Of a DNA stretch of 64,000 nucleotides, positions 9,961 through 19,160 are shown piece by piece (the first letter of the stretch is position 1; each line of letters opens with the position of its first letter). Source of the stretch: an uncultured candidate division Zixibacteria bacterium. GTDB taxonomy: Bacteria > Zixibacteria > MSB-5A5 > GN15 > FEB-12. Position numbers and translations under genes: made by a program. The notes under the pieces are model-generated. The model saw only the letters and a list, made by a program, of their open reading frames with translations, was not told the DNA's origin and ran no database searches. Location of the stretch: contig CAWDXE010000001.1 in assembly GCA_963806185.1 (NCBI GenBank), positions 512,001 to 576,000 of the forward strand, given 5' to 3'.

Positions 9961-11145
9961 CTACATATTCGTGAAGCCAATGGAGGCAGACAGTTTCGGA
10001 TCACTGACAGGGACCAGCGGATCGCGCGAGAATTGGCGCCAAAAGAAGAAGAAAAACAGGCCGCCGATGCCCGCCATGGTCGAGACGTCCATCCAGGACA
10101 TCTGTGCCCCTTCTTTCAAGAGAGTCGGCAGAACCAGCCAATACATATCAACCCAGTGCATCAACAGGATCCAGCCGGCGATGAGCGCCAGTCCGGTGAA
10201 GCTCCGTTTCACGGCCCGGAAGAGCAGGACGCAGAACGGAATCACAAAGTGACCGAACAGAATTATCATGCTGATCGCTTTCCACGATCCTACCCATCGG
10301 TTCAAATACCAGAAGTTCTCTTCGGGAAGGTTGGCGTACCAGATCAGGAAGTACTGCGAGAAGCCTATATACGTCCAGAAGATCGTGAAGCCAAACATGA
10401 GCTTCCCGAGATCGTGATAGTGCTCAACGGTAATAACGTCCTTGAGCACATTCTGCCGACGCAGGAACAACGCGATGACGATGAGCAGGGCTATCACGCC
10501 CAGCAAACCGCCGGCGAAGTAGTACACGCCGAAAATGGTCGAAAACCAGTGTGGTTCAAGCGACATGAGCCAGTCGTACCCGGCATAGGTCGTGGAGAGC
10601 GCAAACAATATCATGCCGATAGCCGAGACACGACGCATCCGCATCTGCATTGCCTCGGTGTGCCCCCGATCCTGAGCGCGGGAGGCCCTGACAAGGAAGT
10701 ACGAGATGACCGACCAGATCGCGAAATAGACGATCGTCCTGATCACAAAAAACGGAATATTGAGAAACGCCGCCTTCTTCTGCAGTAGATGATCCACCGC
10801 TACCACGTCGGCATGGCTCCACTCATACAGGTACGGTATTCCCAGCAGGAAGGGGATGCACAACAGGAACATCCACGGCAGCACCGACGCAACAGCCTCG
10901 GCAATCTTGCGGATGACCACGCTCCACATGGCTCCGGTGAGATGATGCAGCATGGTGAAGAACAGCGCACCCAGGGCCAGCGATACCCAATAGGCAAACG
11001 CCGTCAGGTAGGCGTAGAAGAACCGCTCCGGATTAACCGCGAATCCGGCCGCACCGGCGGCCAGCCCAATCAGTCCGACCGTTAGCGCAATCTTGCCGAC
11101 GTTGCCGGGGTTAGTCAAACGAAATGTCCCGCTATCGTACGTCAT
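9961..11145 (-). CDS. actF: Alternative complex III subunit F
   Basis: Multi-TM, DWLMSLEPHWFSTIFG, FSQYFLIWYANLPEE; synteny. Confidence 0.9.
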   Translation of the reverse strand: MTYDSGTFRLTNPGNVGKIALTVGLIGLAAGAAGFAVNPERFFYAYLTAFAYWVSLALGALFFTMLHHLTGAMWSVVIRKIAEAVASVLPWMFLLCIPFLLGIPYLYEWSHADVVAVDHLLQKKAAFLNIPFFVIRTIVYFAIWSVISYFLVRASRAQDRGHTEAMQMRMRRVSAIGMILFALSTTYAGYDWLMSLEPHWFSTIFGVYYFAGGLLGVIALLIVIALFLRRQNVLKDVITVEHYHDLGKLMFGFTIFWTYIGFSQYFLIWYANLPEENFWYLNRWVGSWKAISMIILFGHFVIPFCVLLFRAVKRSFTGLALIAGWILLMHWVDMYWLVLPTLLKEGAQMSWMDVSTMAGIGGLFFFFFWRQFSRDPLVPVSDPKLSASIGFTNM

Positions 11146-11155
11146 TTCCCACCTA

Positions 11156-11752
11156 TCACTGCCCGCCCCGAACGGAGCCTGGGACATCATTTGGCGACGC
11201 ATGCTGCGACCGCTGCAAAGCGCGGAAATAGGCGATAATCGCCCAGCGGTCCGCGACCGGAATCTGATATTTGTACGGCGGCATATTGCGTATGCCGTTG
11301 GTGATCACGTTGAAAATGTGGCCGTCCGGCGCCGCCAGCAATCGATCCTCTATGAAATTCGGCGGCGGCAGCAAACCACGTTTGACCACCATCCCCTGGC
11401 CGTCGCCGGTACGCCCATGACACGGCGAGCAGTAGATGTTGAAGCGCTCTTGTCCGCGCAGGAGTTCTGCCATAGTGGTCGGTACCGGTGATTCTTTGAC
11501 CGTGTCGCCGGCCGCGGTGAGACCGGTGTAGTAAGCGACATTCTCGTGAAGTTCGCCTCGGGCAATTGTCCCTTCCACCGGCATGCGCATGGCCGCTCCA
11601 TCAGCAAAGAATTCGCCGGCGTCCTGAGCTTCATAGCGCGGCTGCCGAAACATGTTCGTCTCCAATCGCATGCCCGGTTCCTGTTTGGGCATTTCGCGCA
11701 CACAGCCGACTGCGATCAAGCCAATGCTGATGACAAGTATGGCGCGCTTCAT
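11156..11752 (-). CDS. actE: Alternative complex III monoheme cytochrome c lipoprotein
   Basis: Lipobox IAVGC, CSPCH, GIRNMP, DRWAIIAY; ATGA overlap with actD. Confidence 0.9.
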   Translation of the reverse strand: MKRAILVISIGLIAVGCVREMPKQEPGMRLETNMFRQPRYEAQDAGEFFADGAAMRMPVEGTIARGELHENVAYYTGLTAAGDTVKESPVPTTMAELLRGQERFNIYCSPCHGRTGDGQGMVVKRGLLPPPNFIEDRLLAAPDGHIFNVITNGIRNMPPYKYQIPVADRWAIIAYFRALQRSQHASPNDVPGSVRGGQ

Positions 11753-12300
11753 GGTCCTTGCACTATCTCCACGTAGGTCGCTCCGAGCGACGTAAGTAAC
11801 TGCCTGGTCTTTTCCGCATTGAACTTGGGATCGTCCGCATCGACGCTGACGAAAAACTTGTCGTCGTTGACACCGGCAAAGCGCTCCGAGTAAAACAGGC
11901 CGTGAAACGGTTGCGGCAGACGGTTTGTAAACAGCATGCCAAACATGGCGCCCAGTGCCGCGCCCAGCACGGTTAACCCGAAGGTCACCGGTACATAGGC
12001 GACGTAGGCAAAGTAGGGCTTGCCCGAAATGATCAACGGGTAATCGACGCCCATCGTCCACCACTGGAGCAGAAAGGCGAGCGTCCCGCCCGTCAAGCCG
12101 CAGACACCGGCAATGTACCCGACAATCGATCGCTTCAACCCCATCGCCGTGTCCATCCCGTGAATCGGGAATGGCGAATGAGCGTCCCACTTGGTGAAGC
12201 CGGCATCGCGCATTCCTTCGGCCGCGTGAAGCAGCGACTTCACACCGTCAAATTCAGCCAATACGCCGTAAGTCTTGATTGGTTGGGAAACGGTAGTCAT
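11749..12300 (-). CDS. actD: Alternative complex III subunit D (DUF3341)
   Basis: DAHSPFPIHGMD, DYPLIISGKP motifs, 2 TM. Confidence 0.9.
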   Translation of the reverse strand: MTTVSQPIKTYGVLAEFDGVKSLLHAAEGMRDAGFTKWDAHSPFPIHGMDTAMGLKRSIVGYIAGVCGLTGGTLAFLLQWWTMGVDYPLIISGKPYFAYVAYVPVTFGLTVLGAALGAMFGMLFTNRLPQPFHGLFYSERFAGVNDDKFFVSVDADDPKFNAEKTRQLLTSLGATYVEIVQGP

Positions 12301-13715
12301 CAGTGTTTCCCTCCGGCTTGTGCAATCCCGTGCTTCTCGTCACCGTGGTGGTGAGGGTCGGCTTGTGGCAGCACACCCTTGACCTCAGCCATGGCCACCA
12401 CCGGCAGGAACCGGAGGAAGAGCAGGAAGAGCGTCAGAAACAGCCCGAACGAGCCCACGAATGTGGCAATATCCCAAATCGTCGGCCGGTAGTAATCCCA
12501 GGCTGACGGCAGGAAATCGCGTGACAAACTCATCACGATCACAAATCGTTCAAACCACATGCCGACGTTGATCAAGAGCGACGCGATAAACATGACACCG
12601 ATATGGGTGCGCCACTTCTTAAACCAGAAGATCTGCGGCACCACGACGTTACAGAAAATCATGGTCCAGTACGCCCAGGCGTACGGACCAAACGCGCGGT
12701 TGATAAATGCAAACGCCTCGTACTCATTGCCGCTGTACCAGGCAATGAAGAATTCGCAACTATAGGCATAGCCGACCATCATGCCGGTGACCAGCATGAT
12801 TTTGTTCATCTTTTCCAGGTGATTGACCGTGATGATGTGCTCGATCTTAAACGCTTTGCGAACAATAATCGCCAGCGTGAGAACCATGGCAAAACCGGAA
12901 AAGATAGCACCCGCCACAAAATAGGGCGGGAAAATGGTTGTGTGCCATCCGGGAATGAGCGAGACCGCAAAGTCAGTCGATACCACCGAGTGCACCGAAA
13001 GGACGAGCGGCGTCGATACGCCGGCCAGAACCAGATAGGCAAGTTCGTAATTTTTCCACTGACGGTTACCGCCGCGCCAGCCGAGTGAGAGAATACCGAA
13101 AATGAACTGGCGGATTTTGGTCTTCGCCCGGTCGCGCAGCGTGCCCAGATCGGGCACCAGTCCCATATACCAGAACAAAAGTGAACAGGTGAAATAGATA
13201 CTGACCGCAAACACGTCCCACAGCAGCGGCGAGCGGAAGTTGGGCCATATCGACATTTGGTTCGGAATCGGAAACACCCACCAGATGACCCATACACGGC
13301 CGACGTGAATAGTCGGGAAAATGAGCGCACAGATCACGGCGAAAATAGTCATCGCCTCGGCGAATCGGTTGATCGACGTACGCCAGCGCTGGCGGAACAG
13401 GAAAAGAATCGCGGAGATCAGCGTCCCGGCATGACCGATACCGACCCAGAAGACGAAATTGACAATCGCCCATCCCCAGCCGACAGGAATCTGAAGACCC
13501 CAGACGCCTGTTCCTTCGAGGAACAGATACCCAATCGAACCGAGCAGCACCAGCACCAGGGAGCCAAACAGACCCAGCAACAACAGGAATGTCATCGTGG
13601 TCTTTCGCTCGGTCAGGCCGCTGATCGCCTCGGTAATCGAGTGGAACGAGGGGTTCCCTTCGATAAGCGGCGGCTCAGTTCCGGCCTTGCGTGGAGTGGT
13701 GGTGATATCAGCCAT
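12300..13715 (-). CDS. actC: Alternative complex III subunit C (NrfD/PsrC family quinol-binding)
   Basis: [53 protein letters not shown]. Confidence 0.95.
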   Translation of the reverse strand: MADITTTPRKAGTEPPLIEGNPSFHSITEAISGLTERKTTMTFLLLLGLFGSLVLVLLGSIGYLFLEGTGVWGLQIPVGWGWAIVNFVFWVGIGHAGTLISAILFLFRQRWRTSINRFAEAMTIFAVICALIFPTIHVGRVWVIWWVFPIPNQMSIWPNFRSPLLWDVFAVSIYFTCSLLFWYMGLVPDLGTLRDRAKTKIRQFIFGILSLGWRGGNRQWKNYELAYLVLAGVSTPLVLSVHSVVSTDFAVSLIPGWHTTIFPPYFVAGAIFSGFAMVLTLAIIVRKAFKIEHIITVNHLEKMNKIMLVTGMMVGYAYSCEFFIAWYSGNEYEAFAFINRAFGPYAWAYWTMIFCNVVVPQIFWFKKWRTHIGVMFIASLLINVGMWFERFVIVMSLSRDFLPSAWDYYRPTIWDIATFVGSFGLFLTLFLLFLRFLPVVAMAEVKGVLPQADPHHHGDEKHGIAQAGGKH

Positions 13716-13734
13716 CAGTTCTTCCTAAGCAGCC

Positions 13735-16725
13735 TCACGAATTATGCTCTGACTCCAGAGCGGTCGTCGTCGCCAGCTCCGGATTCGGATTACGCAGTTT
13801 TGCCAGATACGACGTGCGCGGCCGGGTATTCAGCTCGGCCAGCACCTCATACTTGCGATCGCCCTTCTTAAGCTGGGTCACTTGCGCGTCCTTGTCGAGA
13901 ATATTGCCAAAGACAATTGCCTGAGTCGGGCAGGCCTGCTGGCAGGCGGTTTGTATTTCACCGTCGCGCACTGACCGGCCCTCCAGCTTGGCGGCAATCT
14001 TGCCGCTCTGAATTCGCTGAATACAGTATGTACACTTTTCCATGACACCGCGGAAGCGGACTGTCACTTCGGGGTTCTGCACCATCTTCAACGATTCCGG
14101 CATATTCTTGGTGTAGTTGAAGAAGTTGAAACGCCGGACCTTGTATGGACAGTTGTTGGAACAATACCGGGTACCGATGCATCGGTTGTATACCATCGTA
14201 TTCAGACCCTCGTGATCGTGTACTGTCGCCGCCACGGGGCAAACCGATTCGCACGGCGCATTCTCGCAATGCTGGCACATCACCGGTTGCATGACGATTT
14301 CCGGGTCCTCGAGGTCGCCGGCGAAATACCTGTCCAACCGTATCCACAACATCTCGCGACCGCGGCGCACCTGATCACGCCCGACAATCGGAATATTATT
14401 TTCGCTCTGACAAGCCATAGCACACGCGTTACAGCCGGTACACGCATTCAGATCGATCGACATCCCCCACTGATAGCCTTCGGTATACTGATGCTCGTCC
14501 CACATGGAGACCAGCGGCGGATGATGGGGCTGTTCCGGCTTGAAATCTTCGCCCGCTTTGTACTGTTCGAGCGTCGCCTCGCGAATGATCGGCCGACCGT
14601 GCATCGACCCTTCTTCCTGGGTTTGCGCCAGCTCGTGGTTCCGGCCCGTGCGAGTCACCGTCAATCCAGCCGCAAAAAACGGGCTGGTCGACGCACGCAG
14701 AAGGTAGGTGTTGACGCCGACATTCTCGGCCACCCGCCCCATACTGTTGCGGCCGTATCCGAGCGCCACTGAAACCGTGGCCTCGGCCTGACCGGGGTTC
14801 ACCCAGACAGCCATCTCGACCTTCTTGCCGTCCAGATTCAATTCAACGATGTCGCCGTTAACCACACCGAGCCGTTGGGCCGCCTTTGGACTCACCGCCG
14901 CGACATTCTCCCAGGTGGTCTTGGTAATTGGATCGGCCAGCTCCTGCAGCCAACCGTTGTTGGCGTAGCGGCCGTCCCACACATTTGAAATCGTGAACAC
15001 CAATTCGAACGCGTCACCCTTCGCCTGTCGGGCACGCACATCAGCATAGGCAGCATCGAACTGAGCGGCAGATGTAGCCGGCGGCATTGCATTCAGTACC
15101 GCCGGAGCCACGGCACTGTCCTTCAGCACGCCATCGTGTAACGTGCGGCGCCACTGCCCCTCCGCGTCGAGCCCGCCAATCATCCCGCTCCAGGTTTCCC
15201 GGACAATGTCGTACCCCTTCTTCTCTTCACCCGTGGCGACGAGCGCAAGTAACTCGACATTACTCTTGGTGGCATACAAAGGCTCGATGAGCGGCTGGAT
15301 CAGACTGACGGTGCCGTCCGAAGTGCGAACGTCGCCCCATTGTTCGAGGTAGTGCGATATCGGCAGATGCCATTGCACCGCCTCCGCCGTTTCATCGACA
15401 TGGGTGCCGGCGGCAATAGTGAGCTTCACCTTTTTGAGAGCGGCCTCAAAATTGAGATCGGTCGGAGCATGGTAGACCGGATTTGCGCCCAGAACGACCA
15501 GTGTGGTGACCTCTCCGGCGTTCATCGCCGTAGTCAGCTCAGCCAGGGCTCTGGTATCGGATGGTGACGCATCCTGCAATGGATTGTACGTTACTGTATT
15601 GCCGATGTTATTCAACTGCCGGTTGATTTCGAAGGCGAGCGCATGCACGATCGGAGGCTGGTTGCGACCCACCATAATGATACTCGCGCCACGCGCCGAT
15701 TGCAGGTCTCCGGCCAATACGCGTATCCATTTGGCATCGAAGGACGCTTCCGGAGTTGCGTTGATAGTACGAATCCCCAATTCGGCGGCGAGGAGCAGGA
15801 GAAAATCGAGTATCTGACTTGAGGCGACACGCAGGCGATGGTCAGCCAACATGCCGGTGAGCGTATACGCCGGCTCGACCACGTAGAGACGATTCATGGC
15901 ATCCTGCTTGCCATAAACTCGACGGCCGTCCATGAACCCCTTCTGATTGCGCACCGCATCACTCTCGGTGCGGACAAAATCGTTGTTAAGCGAGAGAACG
16001 ATCTTTGCTTTTTCCAGGGAGTATACGGGCTGATGCAACGTGCCAGTGGCAAGACGAATGCCCTCGAATACCTGCTCGTCGCTTACCGGCTCGTACGAGA
16101 CAAAACGAGCTTTCGGGAAAGTCTTCTTGAATTCGCCCATCAGACGCGCGAGCGTCGGCGAACCGAAGGGGTCGGTGAGAACGGCGAGCCCTTCTCCGCC
16201 GGTCGAAGCAAGACTCTTGTGCTGACCGGACCAGAACGATGCAAAAGCCGACCAGGACGACGCCACATTCTGATTCATCACCTGGCGGGCACGATCGGGG
16301 TCATACAGATTCAGTATCGAAGCTTGAAGCCACGGCGTTGAACCACCACCGGGCGTCGACGGATGCTCGGGGTTCCCGTCGACTTTGATCGGGCGGCCGT
16401 CGCGGCTGGTCGCCAGCACGCCATAACCGCCAATGCCGAAAGGCATCGTGGTGGCATACAGGCGGGATTCACCGGGGTCAACACCTTCCGGGCGGGTCAC
16501 ATATGGAACAATCTTCTCCACCGGCTTGCGGCAGCCCGCCAGGCCGGCCAATGCCACCGATGCGCCCATTAATGTTAAAAAGCTCCGGCGTGACCAGTCA
16601 TTGCCGAACTCGGATGCACCCTGCGGGAACTCCCGATCAAGAAATTCGCGAAACTCGGGCGTGTCCTGCAACTGGCCGAGGCTGCGCCAATACTGCTTGC
16701 CGTTTTCGTTATGCATCTGGTTCAT
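13735..16725 (-). CDS. actB: Alternative complex III subunit B (molybdopterin-oxidoreductase-like + Fe-S)
   Basis: YWRSL, Tat motif SRRSFL followed by LAGC; C-terminal CTGCNAC, CQHCENAPC, CIGTRYCSNNCP, EKCTYC; ATGA overlap with actA. Confidence 0.95.
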   Translation of the reverse strand: MNQMHNENGKQYWRSLGQLQDTPEFREFLDREFPQGASEFGNDWSRRSFLTLMGASVALAGLAGCRKPVEKIVPYVTRPEGVDPGESRLYATTMPFGIGGYGVLATSRDGRPIKVDGNPEHPSTPGGGSTPWLQASILNLYDPDRARQVMNQNVASSWSAFASFWSGQHKSLASTGGEGLAVLTDPFGSPTLARLMGEFKKTFPKARFVSYEPVSDEQVFEGIRLATGTLHQPVYSLEKAKIVLSLNNDFVRTESDAVRNQKGFMDGRRVYGKQDAMNRLYVVEPAYTLTGMLADHRLRVASSQILDFLLLLAAELGIRTINATPEASFDAKWIRVLAGDLQSARGASIIMVGRNQPPIVHALAFEINRQLNNIGNTVTYNPLQDASPSDTRALAELTTAMNAGEVTTLVVLGANPVYHAPTDLNFEAALKKVKLTIAAGTHVDETAEAVQWHLPISHYLEQWGDVRTSDGTVSLIQPLIEPLYATKSNVELLALVATGEEKKGYDIVRETWSGMIGGLDAEGQWRRTLHDGVLKDSAVAPAVLNAMPPATSAAQFDAAYADVRARQAKGDAFELVFTISNVWDGRYANNGWLQELADPITKTTWENVAAVSPKAAQRLGVVNGDIVELNLDGKKVEMAVWVNPGQAEATVSVALGYGRNSMGRVAENVGVNTYLLRASTSPFFAAGLTVTRTGRNHELAQTQEEGSMHGRPIIREATLEQYKAGEDFKPEQPHHPPLVSMWDEHQYTEGYQWGMSIDLNACTGCNACAMACQSENNIPIVGRDQVRRGREMLWIRLDRYFAGDLEDPEIVMQPVMCQHCENAPCESVCPVAATVHDHEGLNTMVYNRCIGTRYCSNNCPYKVRRFNFFNYTKNMPESLKMVQNPEVTVRFRGVMEKCTYCIQRIQSGKIAAKLEGRSVRDGEIQTACQQACPTQAIVFGNILDKDAQVTQLKKGDRKYEVLAELNTRPRTSYLAKLRNPNPELATTTALESEHNS

Positions 16726-17369
16726 CGGTGGCAGCCCCAGCAGTCTGTCGGTGGTTTGATGTTTCGAGCTTTGACGGTCTGAGCGGCCCAATCCGCCTGA
16801 TCGACCGGAGGATTCCACTTCATGTTCGTCACCTCGGCCACAGGGCGGAGATTCGGAGCCGGGTTGCGGTGGCAATCCAAACACCAGCCCATCGAGAGCG
16901 GTTGAGCCTGTGAGACCACTTCCATTTGTGCGACATTGCCGTGGCAACTGATACAGGCGACGCCCGCGTTGATGTGCGAAGCGTGTTCGAAATAGACATA
17001 GCCGGGCATGTTGTTCACGCGCACCCATTGCAGCGGTACGTGGCTGGCAGCGCTCTCGCGGACCAGCGTCAACTTTTCACTTTCCGGCTTCACCAGCTTG
17101 TGGCAATTCATGCACGTCTGAGTCGGCGGTACGTTGGCGTGCGTGGCGCGCTCTACCGAGGTGTGACAGTAGCGGCAATCCATCCCCAGGTCGCCGGCGT
17201 GCAGCTTGTGGCTGTATTCAACCGGCTGTTTCGGGCGATACCCGACATCCAGGTAGCGGGGCGAGCCGTAATACCAGAACCCGCCGACCGCAGCGATCAA
17301 CCCGCACAGTACGACGCCAAGAGAGATAAGAGGGAGTTTATTGGCCCATTGGGGAAATATTTGCGGCAA
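16722..17369 (-). CDS. actA: Alternative complex III pentaheme cytochrome c
   Basis: N-terminal TM, five CxxCH motifs (CRYCH, CMNCH, CISCH, CLDCH, CWGCH); TTG start. Confidence 0.93.
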   Translation of the reverse strand: MPQIFPQWANKLPLISLGVVLCGLIAAVGGFWYYGSPRYLDVGYRPKQPVEYSHKLHAGDLGMDCRYCHTSVERATHANVPPTQTCMNCHKLVKPESEKLTLVRESAASHVPLQWVRVNNMPGYVYFEHASHINAGVACISCHGNVAQMEVVSQAQPLSMGWCLDCHRNPAPNLRPVAEVTNMKWNPPVDQADWAAQTVKARNIKPPTDCWGCHR

Positions 17370-17381
17370 GCCTGTCTCGCT

Positions 17382-17399
17382 TCGTTATCTTTTTCACAA
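17382..17399 (-). promoter_or_regulatory. Candidate Rex operator in actA leader
   Basis: TTGTGAAAAAGATAACGA versus Rex consensus TTGTGAA-N4-TTCACAA. Confidence 0.45.
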
Positions 17400-17480
17400 G
17401 ATGAGGGTTGTCACTCGCTGTCCTTGCGAAGCGATCGACATCCCGGACTGCTCATTCCCTACTTTAATTCGCTCGGGGCG

Positions 17481-17509
17481 AAAATATAGTCGACGGCGGT
17501 ACCTGTCAA
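17481..17509 (-). promoter_or_regulatory. Sigma70-type promoter of act-cox operon
   Basis: TTGACA-17 nt-TATTTT on minus strand about 110 nt upstream of actA. Confidence 0.6.
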
Positions 17510-17629
17510 CGCTTTTTCTCCCGGTGGGCTAAAGAATAGACTTAAATATTCTACGATAATGGGGCGTAACGGTCATCTCTAAAACGGATCGCTTTAGTCC
17601 GATTTTAGCCGTGAAAGGCAAAATCATCG

Positions 17630-18490
17630 TCACACGATCTTATCGACAATCATAGCCGCGAACAGCGCAAACAAATAGACGATCGAATACCCGAAGAGGC
17701 CGCGCATCGCCTTCTCCGTCCCGCGCTGTCTCGCCTGAACGCTTTTGACGACAAAGTAACCGCTCAGTCCGATGGCGGCGATCAGGTAGATCCACCCCAC
17801 GCCGTAGAAAAACAGGAGCAGACTCACAACGGAGACGGCGACGGTATAAATGAGAATCTGCCGCAAGGTAGATTCGTCACCTTTGGCGACCGGCATCATC
17901 GGCAGTCCGGCTTTCACATAATCTTCCTTGCAGAACATGGCGAGTGCCCAGAAATGGGGCGGCGTCCAGAGAAAGACGATAGCGAACATGAGCCACGGTG
18001 TGACCGCCATCGATCCGGATGCTGCTACCCAGGCACCAACCGGCGCCATGGCCCCGGCTGCACCGCCAATCACAATATTCTGACTGGTATTCGGTTTCAA
18101 ATAGAGCGTGTAAAACAGGCTGTAGAAGAGAATAGTCCCTAGAGACATCAGGGCCGCAGCCCAATTGAAGAGGTAAGCGAAAATCGCGACACCGACAACG
18201 CCGATTGAAATCGAAAAAACCAAGGCGTGCCAGGGAGCGATCTTCTTGAGCGGCAGCGGGCGTCGCTGGCTCGTGCGCGCCATCGTGGCGTCGATGTCGC
18301 GTTCGAAATACTGGTTGAGGGCGTTGGCACAGCCACCGGTCAAATACAGAGCGACCAGGACCATGATAAATTTGAAGGGATCCGCCAGCAGGCTTCCCTC
18401 GATCACCAGCGCCGTTGCGCCGGTGAAGAGGACCAGCAGCATGATGGTTGGTTTCGTGAGCAATAGATAATCGTGTAGAATGGTCCGCAT
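17630..18490 (-). CDS. ctaB: Protoheme IX farnesyltransferase (heme O synthase)
   Basis: LTKP, NQYFERDIDATMART..RPLP, QNIVIGG, WTPPHFWALA, DY..AGLPMMP. Confidence 0.96.
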   Translation of the reverse strand: MRTILHDYLLLTKPTIMLLVLFTGATALVIEGSLLADPFKFIMVLVALYLTGGCANALNQYFERDIDATMARTSQRRPLPLKKIAPWHALVFSISIGVVGVAIFAYLFNWAAALMSLGTILFYSLFYTLYLKPNTSQNIVIGGAAGAMAPVGAWVAASGSMAVTPWLMFAIVFLWTPPHFWALAMFCKEDYVKAGLPMMPVAKGDESTLRQILIYTVAVSVVSLLLFFYGVGWIYLIAAIGLSGYFVVKSVQARQRGTEKAMRGLFGYSIVYLFALFAAMIVDKIV

Positions 18491-18953
18491 TTGTCCCTTC
18501 ACGTGTGGCGCGAGTATACAACATTTGGGCTGAGATCGCCACTCCGATCAAACGAACCGCACAACACCAGAGAGGAAGGGTGGTTCCAGCTTTTCTTTGG
18601 CGGAGTAACCGATCTGCGAGCCTTATGCGCACCCGACCGCACAGAAAGTGCCTCGGGTGTGACACGAAAATTGTGCACCGAGTCTGTTCACATCCGGTGG
18701 ATTTCATGTGGGTAATTGTCGACAGTTCGAAAACATGCTGTCATACAACGCCTTAACCAACCGATGATCGTAAAAGTGGAGTCACGAGTATGCTACTGAG
18801 GAATTTTTGTCCGCTAACCCATTTTAACATAATCAGATACGCGAACTGATTAGTTGGTCGGAAGGAAAGTGATCGCGCGGGCGAAAACGCACCGTATATT
18901 TCCCAAAAGTTAGGATATTGTGATTCAATAGCCTGCGAGTTTCCTGCGCAAAA

Positions 18954-19000
18954 CCACAATTTTTTGTAGGTCCAATTTTTCAAACCACAATATCTTGTGT
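18954..19000 (+). promoter_or_regulatory. Tandem NrdR boxes
   Basis: CCACAATTTTTTGTAG (18954-18969) and CCACAATATCTTGTGT (18985-19000), 31 bp apart, upstream of nrdJ; consensus acaCwAtATaTwGtgt. Confidence 0.8.
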
Positions 19001-19160
19001 CCGCTAGCACAAAAAACACCAGGACGTGATACCCGATGCGACAGGGACCGGACTGCGCTGAAAAGGCCTCTTCCCTCACCAGCGCCGGCCGCAGCGAATC
19101 GGGCAGAGAACATGGAGGTTCTGTTTCTGTCTCTGGCAGAAAGAGCCCAGGAGGTCGAGA

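Noticed and set aside
16726..17028. N-terminal extensions of actB (to 17028), actE (to 12190), mvhD (to 40450) and the HdrA-C fusion (to 42237) in the ORF track
   Set aside because: They overlap upstream genes; downstream ATGs with stop/start overlaps or SD sites match family N-termini
19000..19160. Cobalamin riboswitch upstream of B12-dependent nrdJ
   Set aside because: No recognisable B12 box or conserved core
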